Below, in pieces: positions 24,196 through 37,057 of a DNA stretch of 64,000 nt; position 1 is the stretch's first letter; every line of letters begins with the position of its first letter. The position numbers were made by a program, and so were the translations under genes. Where the stretch lies: the NCBI GenBank assembly GCA_028534125.1, contig CM052837.1, positions 24,614,001 to 24,678,000 on the forward strand. Direction: 5' to 3'. Source of the stretch: Lama glama. Taxonomy: Eukaryota. Under the pieces are notes generated by a model that was not told the origin of the DNA, ran no database searches, and saw only the letters and a list, made by a program, of their open reading frames with translations.

Positions 24196-25529
24196 CTCAG
24201 ATACTGCTGATCTTTGCCAGCCCATCCCTGAAATCCAATCAACTCTGGTCACTTCTCTCTAAGGGAGCCCTGGCCGGAAAAACCTCTCTCGCAGAACTTA
24301 AATGAAGTTGTCCAGGTGCCTGCCTGACTCCCTTCCCATAGCATGGACTCCTCCGGGGCTCAGCACAGTGTCTGGGGCTAAGATCTCGGTGTGTATCTGA
24401 TGAACAAATGAACGAATCAAAGAAGCAGAGCTGTGCACCGCTGCCCTCCGTGAGAACACTCTAAGAGGCCTAGAACCAGCTGTGTCTTCGGGGGGTCTAT
24501 GGAAGGAAGAAATACCACAAGTGTTATTATAATAATAGTGTCAGGTTCCAAGCCTGGTGATCATTAACTATCCCCAGGAGAGCTAGTCAGATAGCAAAGA
24601 AGAAAGGCCCCTCCCTGGGGTTGGGAGTGCTGGTGCCCTGACGGCACTTGGCTTCAAACTGAACTCCCCGCGCCTTCTCACACAGCCGATCTGTCTATAA
24701 AATTGGTGGTTTCTATAGAAACAGAAGGACTGTAGTAAAGCGAAGGGAAATCGTGCATTCTGTCGGCGTACAGAGATCAATCCTGTTCTTATACGGGGCC
24801 AGGACTCTTTCACGCTTTATTTTTGAGCATCTCAGCTTTCATTTCCATCCCAGCCGTCTCATCTCATATTCATGAGGCTCCTGCGTGGGTAATCTCGTCC
24901 CTCCTCGCCTAGCGGCCTTTGTTAACTATGACCACAGGCCGAAAAGTCTGGGGAAGCAGCGTGGAATCCCCGGGATCCCCTTGGGGTGCCAACAGCTCCA
25001 AACCCAAAGCGCAGAGGCCGAGCCAGGGTACTTGGTGTGCTAGGCAGCACCCGGGATGGTGGACAGGGACGTTACAGGTGAGGCTCAACAGGCCCCCAGC
25101 TGGACCTTATGAAAATCTGCTCTGTAATCGGGTACTTGTTTTACATGCCTGTACCTTATCTTAGACTGTCTCTAAGCTCTTAAATATTAATACGTCTGCA
25201 ATCTCCGTTTTGCACCCCAAAGTGCAAGTAGCTTTCTCACAGGCAAGGGATTAGCACTCAGCCTGTATCTGAATTACTCATGCTGTCTCTGATCATCTAT
25301 GAAGAAAATTAGAAAAAACATAGGTTGTGTATGTTAATATTTTAGATGAAGGTCTGAATTTTGAGACGCATGTTAACTCCTGAAAAGTGCCTGCTTTTAT
25401 CTTGATTCACTCTTAGAAAAGAAAAAATACGATGTTTTCTTCATCAAAGAGCCCTCTTATAACACCTACTTGAGCCTGACCTAAAGGCGCGAAGTGTGTT
25501 TTGCCTTCTTCCTGCTCTGGGAAATGACT

Positions 25530-25620
25530 GATTAGATAGATAGGAATAAAGAGATGGATGAACGGGTGGATGGGTGATGGACGGAGATGGGGAATGGATG
25601 GCTGGACGGATGGATGAGCA
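25530..25620 (+). repeat. Degenerate (GGAT)n tract
   Basis: gatggatgaacgggtggatgggtgatggacggagatgg... Confidence 0.7.
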
Positions 25621-25959
25621 AATCACGTCCACCGGGATAATTTTTCTAAAAATGTAAATCCAACCACCCTTTTTGATTCATTCACAGCATTTTGAGCACC
25701 TGCCGTGTGCCAGGCATGACGTAAATACAGCCCGAAGGATTCAGCAGTGGATATTTGAGATGAGGTCCCAGTCCTTGATTTCACTATCTTTGGAATAGGA
25801 AATGGGCTGAAAAGAAGGAAGAGTGAGTGCAGGGAGACTCGTGTGCAGTCTGTCACAGCGGTCCTGGTGACAGCTGACGGCAGCCCGGCCCAGGATGATG
25901 GCCGTGGACACTGGGAGGCAGGAGAAGGAGATTCGGGAGTTATCAGCAGGCTTTGATGA

Positions 25960-26110
25960 CTGACTGAGCACGCAGCCCTGAGTCTAAATCTCAGCTCACC
26001 CACTTAGACGCTGTAGGAGCCTCAATTTCTTCAGCTGTAGATCGCGGATAATCGCACCTACCTCCTAGAGTTGCTGTAAGGAATAAATGAGATGAAGGAT
26101 GTGAAAAAGC
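25960..26110 (+). mobile_element. MIR
   Basis: gcctcaatttcttcagctgtag...gcacctacctcctagagttgctgtaaggaataaatgagat. Confidence 0.75.
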
Positions 26111-27104
26111 CAAAGACAGGGCCTGGCCAAGAAAACATTTTTAAGACCCAAAGCCTCCATTTTAGGGAAAGACATTCAGATTCTAACCGCCAGACTCTGA
26201 GCCACGAGGAACACTCGAAGCTGTCAGGGTTAAGGAGTAGGCAGAAGGTCAAGAGAGGTGACACAAAGACACAGCACAGCAGGGTCACTGGCCACTTGGT
26301 GTCCAGCCCTGTCCCTCTCTGGTCCCCAGGCTTCGACCAGCTGCCTGCCGCACAGCTGCCCCCCTACCCGTCACACCACCCTCCTTAACCGGTGAAGCCT
26401 TTCCAGGATGCCAGGCCCCATCCATCCAACTTGGGGCCACCAAACTAGAACATTCATGGAGCCAGAATCCTGAGGCTGCACAGACCAAGTTAGGCAGATC
26501 ACGTCCTGCTCCACCAGAACCTTCTTGTCTCTCCTTATGTCGGCCCAAAGCTCAAGGAGAACAAAAACAGCAAAACACGCCCCAGCTGCCCACCTCACTT
26601 CTTCGATGGGCTAGTCCCTGTGGTGACAAACTTGAGGGTGAGTGACAGAACAAGGGGTCTTGAAACAGATCTGCCAGCACCTTGCTGATGACTTGAGGAG
26701 ACACTGAACCTCCCTGAGGCTCTCCCTTTTCACCTTTAAAATGGACACGGAGTACAAACTGCAGGCACCTAACGAAGGGGTGGGTTTTCTTTAATGTGTA
26801 CTTTTTAAAAATCTTGGGCTGGATAAACAGTGCCTTGGTAGGCACTTCTATGCCCTTCCAGCTCATGACTGAAATGGGTCCCTCCTCCACCAGCTTCCTT
26901 CTTTTCAACACCATTCCTTCCTCCGCAGAACCTGCAAATGCAGCTGGACCAAGCCAACCCAAAAGACAGTATGAGGGTGGAGGGAAAGAAGGAAAAGCCA
27001 AACCAGTGGCAGTTCCCTTATCTGGGAGGCGGCATGAAGGTGGGGGGCAGTAGACAGAGCTGTCCCCTCCACCAGTGCCAGACTCCCCATTAGCAAGCAC
27101 ACAG

Positions 27105-27265
27105 CAAGGCAGGCATGACCACCTCCAGTGTGTAGGTGAGAAGACTACGGCTCAGAGATGCTAAGAAACTTGCCCGAGGTCAAACAGCTCAGTAAGAGGT
27201 AAAGCCAGGATTCGAAAGCAGGTCTAACCTGACTCCACATGGTCTTGCCATGACACCCACTGCTG
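27105..27265 (-). mobile_element. MIR
   Basis: ggctcagagatgctaagaaacttgcccgaggtcaaacagctcagtaag...gccaggattcgaa. Confidence 0.85.
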
Positions 27266-27602
27266 TCCATCCCTGGGTAAACCACGCAGGTTAAAAGCAT
27301 TAGTTTTGTGAGTCAGCAATTAAGCCACAGTTTATTGCTTGTCTGAAGGAGAATGAGAACGACCTCTGCTTCTGGCGGAAAAGTGCACCTCCACGTGCAG
27401 GTAGCCACTGCAGAATGGAGTCTACCAGACTCCTAAAGAGGTTCTGGCCCCAGGATTCGGAACAGTCATCAATCCGAGGCTTCCCAGCTCCCGGAGAAGC
27501 TCAATCTTCTAGCTTAGGCAAAAGCAGCAGAATTCTCCCTCGGTGACTTTTTACTCTCCTGTCCCTCCAAGGCAGACCCCAGATAACTGAGCCTGTCTAG
27601 AC

Positions 27603-27797
27603 CAGGGCTTCTCAGTCTTGGCTTTACTGGAATAACTCCCTATTGCAGAGACCTGTCCAGTACTTTGCAGGATGCTGATCAGCACACACGCCACCAAATG
27701 CTATTGGTACTTCTCTCAGCTATGACAACCAAAAGTGTCTCCAGACATTGCCAAATGTCCCCTGGGGGACAAAACTGCCCCCAGTTGAGAACCACTG
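27603..27797. mobile_element. MER20 hAT MITE
   Basis: tgacaaccaaaagtgtctccagacattgccaaatgtcccctggggg...gttgagaaccactg; hAT-type flanks gtctagac / ccctagat. Confidence 0.9.
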
Positions 27798-28284
27798 CCC
27801 TAGATGGATGTATCACACCCTGAGAGATCACACTTGGGCCAGAGAAACGTCACAGGGGCCATGGGGCCTCCCAGACCTCCCACGTAGGGGAGGATGGCTG
27901 TCCCGTGGTACGGTCACGCAGGCTGAAACACCAGGTCCTTGGCACTGCATGCTCTGAACCCCATCCGACAGGCGTTACATCCTGGGGCTCCCAGGAAGGC
28001 AAGGGCTGCATGTGAGCCATGTCTTTAGAAGATGCACAGTCCGTGTGTGTTTGCTCCCTCTACCATTACCAGTCTTCTTGAAAGAAAGGGTGGGTGGGGA
28101 GGGGAGGAAGGAAGGAGGCGAAAGAGACTTCTGGTTCCAGAAGGAGAATGGAACGGACTCTAGAGAGGCTGGAGGGTCTCCCTCAAATTTGGCCTGAGCT
28201 GGGCAACACAGCCAGGCTTCCAATGATGCTGGTTGCCCACTTCTTTCTGGATCACCTTTGTCCAAGGGGATCTTGGAATCACTG

Positions 28285-28425
28285 TATTGGGAGGAGGAGA
28301 GAGGAAGGGAATGGAGGAAAAGGAGAAAGTGAGGAGGCGGGGAGGAGGAGAGAGTGAAAGGGGCTAAAAGCTGGAATGGGGGGGAGAGAGAGAGCGAGGG
28401 GAGGATACGGAAGGAGAGAGATGAG
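28285..28425 (+). repeat. Purine-rich (GA) low-complexity tract
   Basis: Almost exclusively G/A. Confidence 0.8.
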
Positions 28426-28534
28426 GCTCACTCTCTTCAGACAACAGGAGTCTAAAACGTGCTGTATACTCTGCCCCGTCTTAATGAGCCACAAAATGCA
28501 CCCTGCCTTTTCAGCATAAATCACGTGAATGATC

Positions 28535-28650
28535 ACCATTAACATTTATTGAGCTTTTACTGTGGACCAGACATTCTTCTCCATGTTTATCTGTATCAAC
28601 ATCGTGAGTCCTCACCACAACCCTACGAGGCACAGAGACGTTAACTAACT
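28535..28650 (-). mobile_element. MIR fragment
   Basis: aacatttattgagcttttactgtggaccagacatt...cctcaccacaaccctacgagg. Confidence 0.8.
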
Positions 28651-28979
28651 CGGTTACTTTACATGACTAACCAGTTAGTCCAGGTGCAGGGCAGGGCAAC
28701 CAGGCAACTCACAGACCCTGAGAAGTCCTGCATCCAGCGCCCACGGCCCCAGCATCTCTCACCTTGCTTTTTTGTGTTTGTTGGGTGGTTGTTTCTGCTG
28801 CTGCCGCTGTTTCCACGAGCAGCATCTTTTAACAGGCAGTAGGACACATTCCAGAAAGCACACTCCACAATAGTGCGGGTTTTGGTTCACGCTGCTAACT
28901 GCGTATCTGATGCCTGCATAAAGCAAGCCTAAATTGTCATAACTTTGGCGTAACTATATGATGGCAAAATTCGTATGAT

Positions 28980-29225
28980 GATTATCAATATTTTGTTCTA
29001 ACATTATCCTATTTATATTTTAATTATACATTTTGAATTCATAAATTTGTATTTTAAAATATAAAGTCATTATAAATTTATAAATCTTATCAAAATATGC
29101 TACACTTATAGTAAAATATATTTATATTAAAATAAATTAAAATACAACTTACATATTTATTATTGTACATTATATAATTTAAGTATTATTTATAATAAAG
29201 TATAAATTAATAAACTTTAAAATTA
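28980..29225. repeat. AT-rich low-complexity tract
   Basis: Very high A+T content with no clear periodicity. Confidence 0.8.
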
Positions 29226-29874
29226 TTGAGCTTTTGTCCCTGTGAGGAAAGTACTAAAATTGTTGTACCCATTTACCAGATGGACAGGGGGAGGCTCACT
29301 AAGATTATCTGACCAGCTCAGGAATCCCAGCCAGCAAACTACAAGGGCAGCCCAGGAACAAAGGCTGGGGCAAAGTACTCTTGCTAAGACAGGATGCAAT
29401 GCCAGGGCAGCAGAAGCGAGGGGGAAAGAGAGGTGAAGGAGGGAGGAGGGAAAACCCATACAGAATGGTGCATCCCTCAGCTGGACACAGCCTCACAAGA
29501 TAATGTAGCCAGTAGCTTGGACACAGCTGCGTGAAGCCATTATGCCTTGGAAAGTTCCTTCCAGGAAAGGAAGGAAGAGAAATTTATCTGCTGCCGTGTT
29601 TCCTGGCTCTCTGGTTAAAGTTGGTCCTGCAGACAGTCCTGACTCCTGCATGCACAGTGGTGGTACCCATGCTCCTCCAGGCAACCCTTGAAAAAGGCAG
29701 ATCACAACTCATGGTACAGGGCTCAGCCAAGCCCTGTCTGCTCAAACTTGGGCACCAAAGATGCTGCAGCTCCCACTGAGGTGGGTACAGTACACTGAGC
29801 AGGAAGCCGAGGCCTGGGACCAGACAGGGCCAAGGACATGTGGGAGGTACATACACTGAGACCCAGACACCCAC

Positions 29875-30182
29875 TGTCTGAGCCCATCCAGGCTGCTATA
29901 ACAAAATACCACAGAGTGGATGGCTTATAAACAACAAAAATCTCTTTCTCACAGTTTGGGAGGTCGGGAAGTCCAAAATCAAAGCACCAACAGATTCTGT
30001 GCCTGGTGAGAACCCACCGTAATGTCACATGGCTGAAGGGGAAGGGATTTTTCCGGGGCCCCTTTTATCTCATGCATGAGAGTGATGTAATCACCTGCCA
30101 AAGCCCCCACCTCCATACGCAATCACACTGGATATCAGGAGTCAGCATATGTGTTTTCAGGGGACACATTCAGTCCACAGCA
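29875..30182 (-). mobile_element. MaLR solo LTR (MLT1A-like) with TSD
   Basis: TG...CA termini; perfect 5-bp TSD CCCAC at 29870-29874 and 30183-30187; ggctgctataacaaaataccacaga...ggcttataaacaac. Confidence 0.9.
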
Positions 30183-30239
30183 CCCACATCTTTGAATTAA
30201 AAGCAAGTATGCCTTCATTCAGTGGCAAAAAGCACTCGG

Positions 30240-30390
30240 CTCACCAATGCCCCTGGCACCAGTATCTAAACCACCCGTTGAAAATGCAGATTCCCTGGGC
30301 ACACCCCAGAATCAAAGGAGCCGCTTCACAGCGATGTGACCATGGAATGCACATATTTTTAACAAGCTCCCCGGAGTGACTTTCATGTAA
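30240..30390. mobile_element. MER5-family MITE fragment
   Basis: aaaatgcagattccctgggc...ttttaacaagctccccggagtgactt. Confidence 0.7.
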
Positions 30391-31987
30391 ATTTCAGAGG
30401 CAGCTAGAGCAGCGTCATGAACTGCCCTGAGTACGCCTAAACTCCCCGACTCATTTCAAGGGAGAAAAATCGAAACTCAGAAGTGATTAAGGACAGATCA
30501 ATAGAAGAGAACAATGAATCACGCAGAAGGTCAAGTTGTGGTGCACAGAAGCACACGGGAGACCATGGGATGTGTGGCAAACCAACATAATTAGGGGCCC
30601 TTGCAAACGTCACTTGCTCATAAACATTTATAAAAACAGGTCTCCTGGATACGCAAGGAAGTTAATTTTTCATAGAGCTGCAGGAAAAGTAGATTTGTGT
30701 TTAATATCATACTCTACATCGATTTGAGATTCCGTTTCTTTTTGAGCGACCAGAAGACTCCGTCTGTGTTTACCCTCTTCTGTCTGAGTGAAGCTGCAGG
30801 AACGGAGACCAGGATGGACTTTCTCTCCCGGGGAATAAAGAAAAACTTCTGATTCTGCCACATTAAGATGCTACCTCGGTTCTCCTGGCCCTAGCTGACA
30901 TCAGATGCTACTTAATGCAGATAAATGATGCAGGGTAAGGTTGTCATAGAAAGGGGCTTCCAATGTCAGTCCCACATGCGAGACTTGGTCACTTGGGAAG
31001 ATTTTCATTAATAAACCTTCTAGTACGTACTGTTCTAGTGAGATGTACCCATCTCTGGAAATTTGGAACAAACTCACATTTAATTTCCTTTTTCATTAAT
31101 TAATTTTTGTATTAATCTCATCCATTAGAGCCTCATATCGCCCAATTACACATTATAAGCTCAGAGGAAAGTTGGTAATTTAGACTGTCCCAGGATTCCA
31201 GGAGAGCCCTGCTCAGAATGTCTGCTTTAATTAGGTTTTCATTAATTACTTTTTTTATCAATTAATATTTTGTACATTCGGCCCAAGACTTGCAATCTCC
31301 ATATCACCCGCTCTTAAAGGACACCTCATTTATTGTCATCAGTCAAGCAGCGGGGCCCAGAAATAGTTCAGCAGAGAGCTAGTACTACAGGCAGGTTCTG
31401 GGTTTCCCTTGCAAATTACACATCACCCTTTGGGCGGGTTTCACGCCAAAATTTGTGCTGTGAGAGTTCAGGCAATCTAGGAATAAAAAGAAAGAAAGAA
31501 GCACAGACGATGGCTGATCCAACCAACTCGCCTGCAGATGGGGACCCAGGGAGGGGAGGAGCCTCCCCAACCTCTCAGAATATCTGACTACAATATTTTT
31601 CTCACGTTCACCTGCTTCCTGTGGCTCCCCTCACCTCATTACCAAGATGAATATATAATTTAGCATATATACCAGGACACCTTTGAGAGAGAAAAGCACT
31701 GTTATTAATCATTGTGCTGGGGAACAACAGACACAAACCAAGAAATGTCCCTAGCACACTGGGATATACGTCACCCAACCCATCACCACCATGCCAGCTC
31801 ACTCTTCCCTTGGCTATTAGCTTGTAAATCTCCTGAGAGGGAACCACTCCGTCAAACTGGCAACTCTGCCTTTGCTGCCTTAAGATAGCCCAGTATTTTT
31901 CCTGAAAATTCAATACTTACTGATTAATGATAATAATATCATACAATCTCCACCTTCTGACCTCTCTTACTACTCCCATTTTCTTTC

Positions 31988-33257
31988 AGTTGTGTGTATG
32001 TGTGTGTGTGTGTGGTGAGAACACTTAACATGAGAAATAAAATTTAAGTGTGCAACACAGCGTTGTTAACCACAGGCATAATGCTGTAGAGCAGATCTCT
32101 AGACTTCATTCACCTTGCATAATGGAAACTTTACACCTGCTGAATAGTAAACCCCCATGATCCTCTCCCCGAACTCCTAGCAACCACTATTCTAATCTGT
32201 TTCTAGGAGTTTGACTATTTTAGACATCTCGTGTAAGTGGAACCATGCAGCATCTGTTTTTCTGTGACTGTCTTATTTTACTTAGCATAATGCCCCCTCC
32301 GTACAATTACACTGTCACCCACAGTAGGATTTCCTTCTTTTTTAAGGATGAAAAACATTCCACTGTAAGTAGATAGCACCTTTTCTCTATCCATTCGTCT
32401 GTCAGTGGACCTTTCGGTTATTCCCATATCTTAGCTATTGTGGATAACACCGCAATGAACATGGAAATACATGTGTCTCTTTGAGACCTTGATTTCAATT
32501 CTCTTGGATATATATCCACAGGTGGGATTGCTGGATCACTGCTGGATCTATTTTTAATTTTTTTTTTTGAGAAACCACCATACTATTTTCCCTAGCAGCT
32601 GGACCATTTTACATTCCCACCAACAATGATCACAGGTTCCACTTTCTCCACATCCTTATTAACTTGTTATCTTTTGATCTTTTTTGACAATAGCCATCCT
32701 AATGGGTGTGAGGAGGTATCTCAATGGAGACGAGACAGTCTCTTCAACAAATCATGTTAAGAAAACAGGATATACAGACGCAAAAGAACGAAACTGAACT
32801 TTCTCTTACATCATACACAAAAAACAATTCAAAAAGGATTAAAGATTTAAGCATAAGAACTAGAATGTAAAACTCCTAGAAAACATAGGGGGAAAGCTTA
32901 TGACACTGGACTTAGCGATACCTCAGATACGACACCAAAGCACAAACAACAAAAACAAAATTAGACAAGTGGGACTCTATCAAACTAAAAAGCTTCTTTC
33001 TGCACAGGATAGGAAGCAATTAACCGAGTGAAAAGGCAACGTACAGCATGGGAGAAAACATTTGGAAAATACATATCTGATAAGGGATTAATACCCAAAA
33101 TATGTAAGGAAATCCTACAACTCAATAGCCAAAAAACAAATAACTTGAAATGAGCAAAGAACCTGAATAGACACTTCCCCAAAGAAGACATATACAAACG
33201 ACCAAAAATTACATGAAAAGATGCTTAACTTCACCAGTCATCAGGGAAATGAAAAGC
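31988..33257 (-). mobile_element. L1MA-type LINE, 5'-truncated with 5' inversion
   Basis: Reverse 3' UTR/ORF2 end ~31990-32725 abuts a forward ORF2 segment ~32726-33257; 16-bp TSD (13/16) at 31972-31987 and 33258-33273. Confidence 0.85.
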
Positions 33258-33391
33258 ATTCCCACTTTCTGTCTTTAGATTTTTTTAATTCACCCAGTAT
33301 CTTTCTTCATCCTCTATATTTTACCATTTCCCAACTATTATTTTATAAAATGCTTCTGAATTGCACTAAACTTCCTATCCTAATGGTTAAC

Positions 33392-33620
33392 CCAGTGGTC
33401 AAGAACGAATTAAAGTAAAATGTCTGGACTTAACTTACTGGCGAAGTATCTTTGAGGTTTCTTAAGCTCTTTGTGCCACAATTTTCTCCTCTGTAAAATG
33501 GAGATAAAATAGTACCTACCTCAAAGGGTTCTTACAAAAACTAGATGAGTTAATGTGTGGATAGTGCTTAAAACAACATGTGGCTCATAGAAAGAGCCAC
33601 ATACGTACTTGCTAAATTAA
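33392..33620 (+). mobile_element. MIR, near full length
   Basis: ctgtaaaatggagataaaatagtacctacctcaaagggtt...gatgagttaatgtgtg. Confidence 0.9.
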
Positions 33621-33759
33621 AAGATAATAATAAAAAAGTTAAAGAAGCAGTGATGATCCAAAGAAATAACCCTAAACTAAGTTCTAACCCTAAACCAAGC
33701 AGAACATCTCTTACTCACGGAGAAGAAAGGAAAAGAACACCAGATCTGGTTGAACAGAG

Positions 33760-33900
33760 CCTCCTGCGCCAGGGACGAAGGCAAGTACTGCAAATGCATC
33801 ATCTCATCTAATTCACACAAAAGCCCTGGAAGGTAGGAGTTGTGATCATCCCCATTTTCATAGATGAGGAGATGGGGTTCAGAGAGATGATTTGCCTTCA
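33760..33900 (-). mobile_element. MIR
   Basis: atcatccccattttcatagatgaggagatggggttcagagag. Confidence 0.8.
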
Positions 33901-35731
33901 CCAAACCCCAAATCAAAGCCCCTAAGAACTGAGCCCCGTCAGGACAACTTGAAAAAAACTGAAAAACAAAACCAATCTGAGTGTCAGGCTAACTTTCACC
34001 TGCTTGGGTCCTCCCTAGCTGGTGGTTTCCAGCATCCACTGACACTCACACCCAGACGGCCCCGCTTCCCCTTTAAAGCCAGGACCCCTGCACAAGCCTT
34101 GCCTTGGCTCTGTGAATGGCTGACACTGGCTAGAACTTTCAGAAGGATTTCCTAAGCTGCGAGCACAGGAGGCAGGGAAATGGTACAGCTGACACTAAAC
34201 AGTGCTCAATCCTCCATGGGGAATGCACTCCTGGACCACACCGGTCTTTCCCACTGCAGGGATAGGGCTGCTCTGATGTCCAAGGGCTGGCCCACTTCCT
34301 GGCACCCCTCCACTAATAAACAGCTCTCGTCCCCAGGTGACTAACGACACCTCTGCACCTTGACCACCCAACCCACTTACTACCTCCCAAGAGCCGCCTC
34401 AGATACAGTCACCAACCAGGTCACATGTAAGGTTAATATATACTCATGTATATTTTGATAAAGTTAATAAAATACTGCATTTAGTCGAATCAATAGAAGC
34501 ATCCCCTCTCTAGGTAGGTGTAGTCATCAGGTAACAGCTGTCACTGCTTCCCCCCCACACACACACTAATGCACACACATACTCACACACCTGCATACAC
34601 TTCCCTTAAACAACTGGCCTGAAGCAGCAGCAGCTGCCAGGGTAATACAAAGTTTCAAACAGCAACTAAGAAGAGAGCAAACAGCACCCCAGCAGAGAGC
34701 AAACAGCACCCCAAATAATTCATTTCTCTATTTTTGGAGAACATACCAGGACAGGTAGAACTTTCCCTATTTGTAAATGATGACAAGAGGAAAATATAAG
34801 GTCCCCAGGATGGGGCCTAGGAAGATATTTTATAAATTAAGCAAGAAAGAATAAAGCATGCAGGGAAAATACACTTTTCTAAAATGAGTTATTGCATGAA
34901 ATGCCATTAAATTTCACACTATCTGCTTTGTGTTCTCCATAAATTCAAGAAAACCTGGTTTCTATGAAAAACAGAAAGCTAAAAAACTGAGATACACAGA
35001 GATAAAAAGGAATCTAGTTAAAAAGGCTAGAAAAAATTTGAATTACAGGTAAGTCACAATAAAGAAAGACTGTTTTGAAATTCAATAGTTGATAAGAGAA
35101 CTTTAATGTATTTAAAAGCTATAGGCAGCAGAAACGACACTGTGGAATCCTGAAGCAATGATATGTAGGGAAAAAAAACTTTCTGAAAATGAAGAAGGAA
35201 AGACGGCAATGAAGATCGTTACAGTGTTGTCGATTCTCTAGGAACGTAAAACCTTATTTTATCCACTATTAAAAGCAAATCTCTATATATTATAGTATCC
35301 TTGCTCAGAAACACTAGATATTCTACTATTTTATACAATAGAGTGCTATTTGGAAGAGAAAAATAAATAAGCAATAAGTCCCTAAGAAGAAAGATTTAAA
35401 AAAATCAGAAGCCAAAAAGAGTACACAATCAAATGTAAATGCTGATCTTAACCTACCTAGGAATGTATCACGTGTTTTAAAATCTTTAATTTAAAAAAAT
35501 TACCTCTAAGAAGTAAGGTTATAGTTACATTTGGCTGGAAGGAAGTAGGATGGGTGTCCTGGGTAGAAGAAAGGGTTAGCACAACACGCATCCCCACAGC
35601 GGACATGCGCTAGACATCAGCAAAGATGTGCAGCTGGGACAGGGCACAGTGAGAGGAAAACAGACCACCTCAACTGCCTTCTCCAGGGGAGCACCTGTGA
35701 AGGGGGCCCTGCATGCACCAGGGAAGGGTGC

Positions 35732-36170
35732 TGTGGCGATGGAATAATGGTTCCCCCCACAAAATGTCCATATTCTAATGCCGAGAACCTGTGACTCTGT
35801 TACTTACATGGACTTTGCAGATATAACTAAGTTAAGGATCTTGAGATGAGAGATTTTCCTGGATTATCCCTGGGCCCATATAATTACAAGGGTCCTCATA
35901 AGTAAAAGAGGGAAGCAGATGCGTCAGAGGAGACGTGATAACAGAAGCAGAGGTCTGGGCAAGGTGGGGCCATGAGTCAGGGAATGCAGGTGGCCTTCAG
36001 AAGCCATCGTGCCTGAAAAGGCAAAGAAACAGACCTCCCCTAGAACCTCCACAAGGAACACAGCCCTGCTGACACCCTGATTTCAGGTTTCTGACCTCCT
36101 TCCCGCCTGTGTTGTGTTAAATCACTAAGTTTGTGGTAGTCTGTGATAGCAACCACAGGAAACCAACGTC
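35732..36170 (+). mobile_element. MaLR solo LTR (MLT1D-like)
   Basis: gactttgcagat...ttaaggatcttgagatg...ctggattatcc...cagccctgctgacacc...ctaagtttgtggt; TSD ggtgc/gatgc. Confidence 0.9.
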
Positions 36171-37057
36171 GATGCTTTATTGGGAAGAGGAACAGATTTG
36201 CAGAATTAACTCTTAGCTTCTATCCCTTATACCTAACTTACAGCGTTGATGCTTTCCTATCACCAGTTGAAGTACTAACACTGACTATGATAATAAACGT
36301 AGAATTTCCATAAAGAGCGTACAAAGAGTACTGAAACTTGGCATACTGGGTAATAAGCCTGTTACTCCAGGTACCAGTGCAGACAGAAAGCTCCCAGTAA
36401 TAAAATTACCAGGAAGAGAATTAGGACTATGAAAGGAAAGAGAGATATACGGATGACATTTCCTAAAGTATAGCTTAGATCAGATTAAAAAAAATAAGCT
36501 ACACTGAACGTCCCAAACATCCTAAATAATAATTTTTCAAGCATCAAAGAAGAAAAAACAAGGTATCTATATGGGTAAACATTTAAATAGTTAAATGACA
36601 ATTTCAGACTTCTCCTCTACAATATTAGACTGCAAAAGCTAATGATTAAATATCTACAGGGTTTAAAGCACTCTTTTTCCATATATAGAAGAAGCAAAAA
36701 GATATTTACAAATGTAAAAGGATTCAAAGTATATGTAGAAACACCATCACCACCATCCACTCACTCCCTCTGCCAATTCACTTTCCCCAGGAAAGTACTA
36801 AAAGAAATATTCTAACCAAATAGGGGTAATTTTTATTAAAAGAAGAACAGGTAGTTTTATTTTTAAAGACCTGGTAGTAAGCACCAAAATAAGCTAAGTA
36901 GAATATTTTCTTTAAAAATGATATAAATACAGTTCTAAACAATATAAATGTTATGAACAGTTCTTTTTAAAAAGATGCACAAGCATGCAATTTAAAATAA
37001 TAATGATTAAGTTAGAAGCGTGGATAAAAATCCCATATGGCACCCTCAATAACTGAG

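Noticed and set aside
26552-27100. 182-aa minus-strand ORF with the protein-like stretch MVLKRRKLVEEGPISVMSWKG and an acceptor-like ttgcag at 26931
   Set aside because: Weak pyrimidine tract, no convincing donor and no recognised homologue; a tBLASTn hit would reopen it
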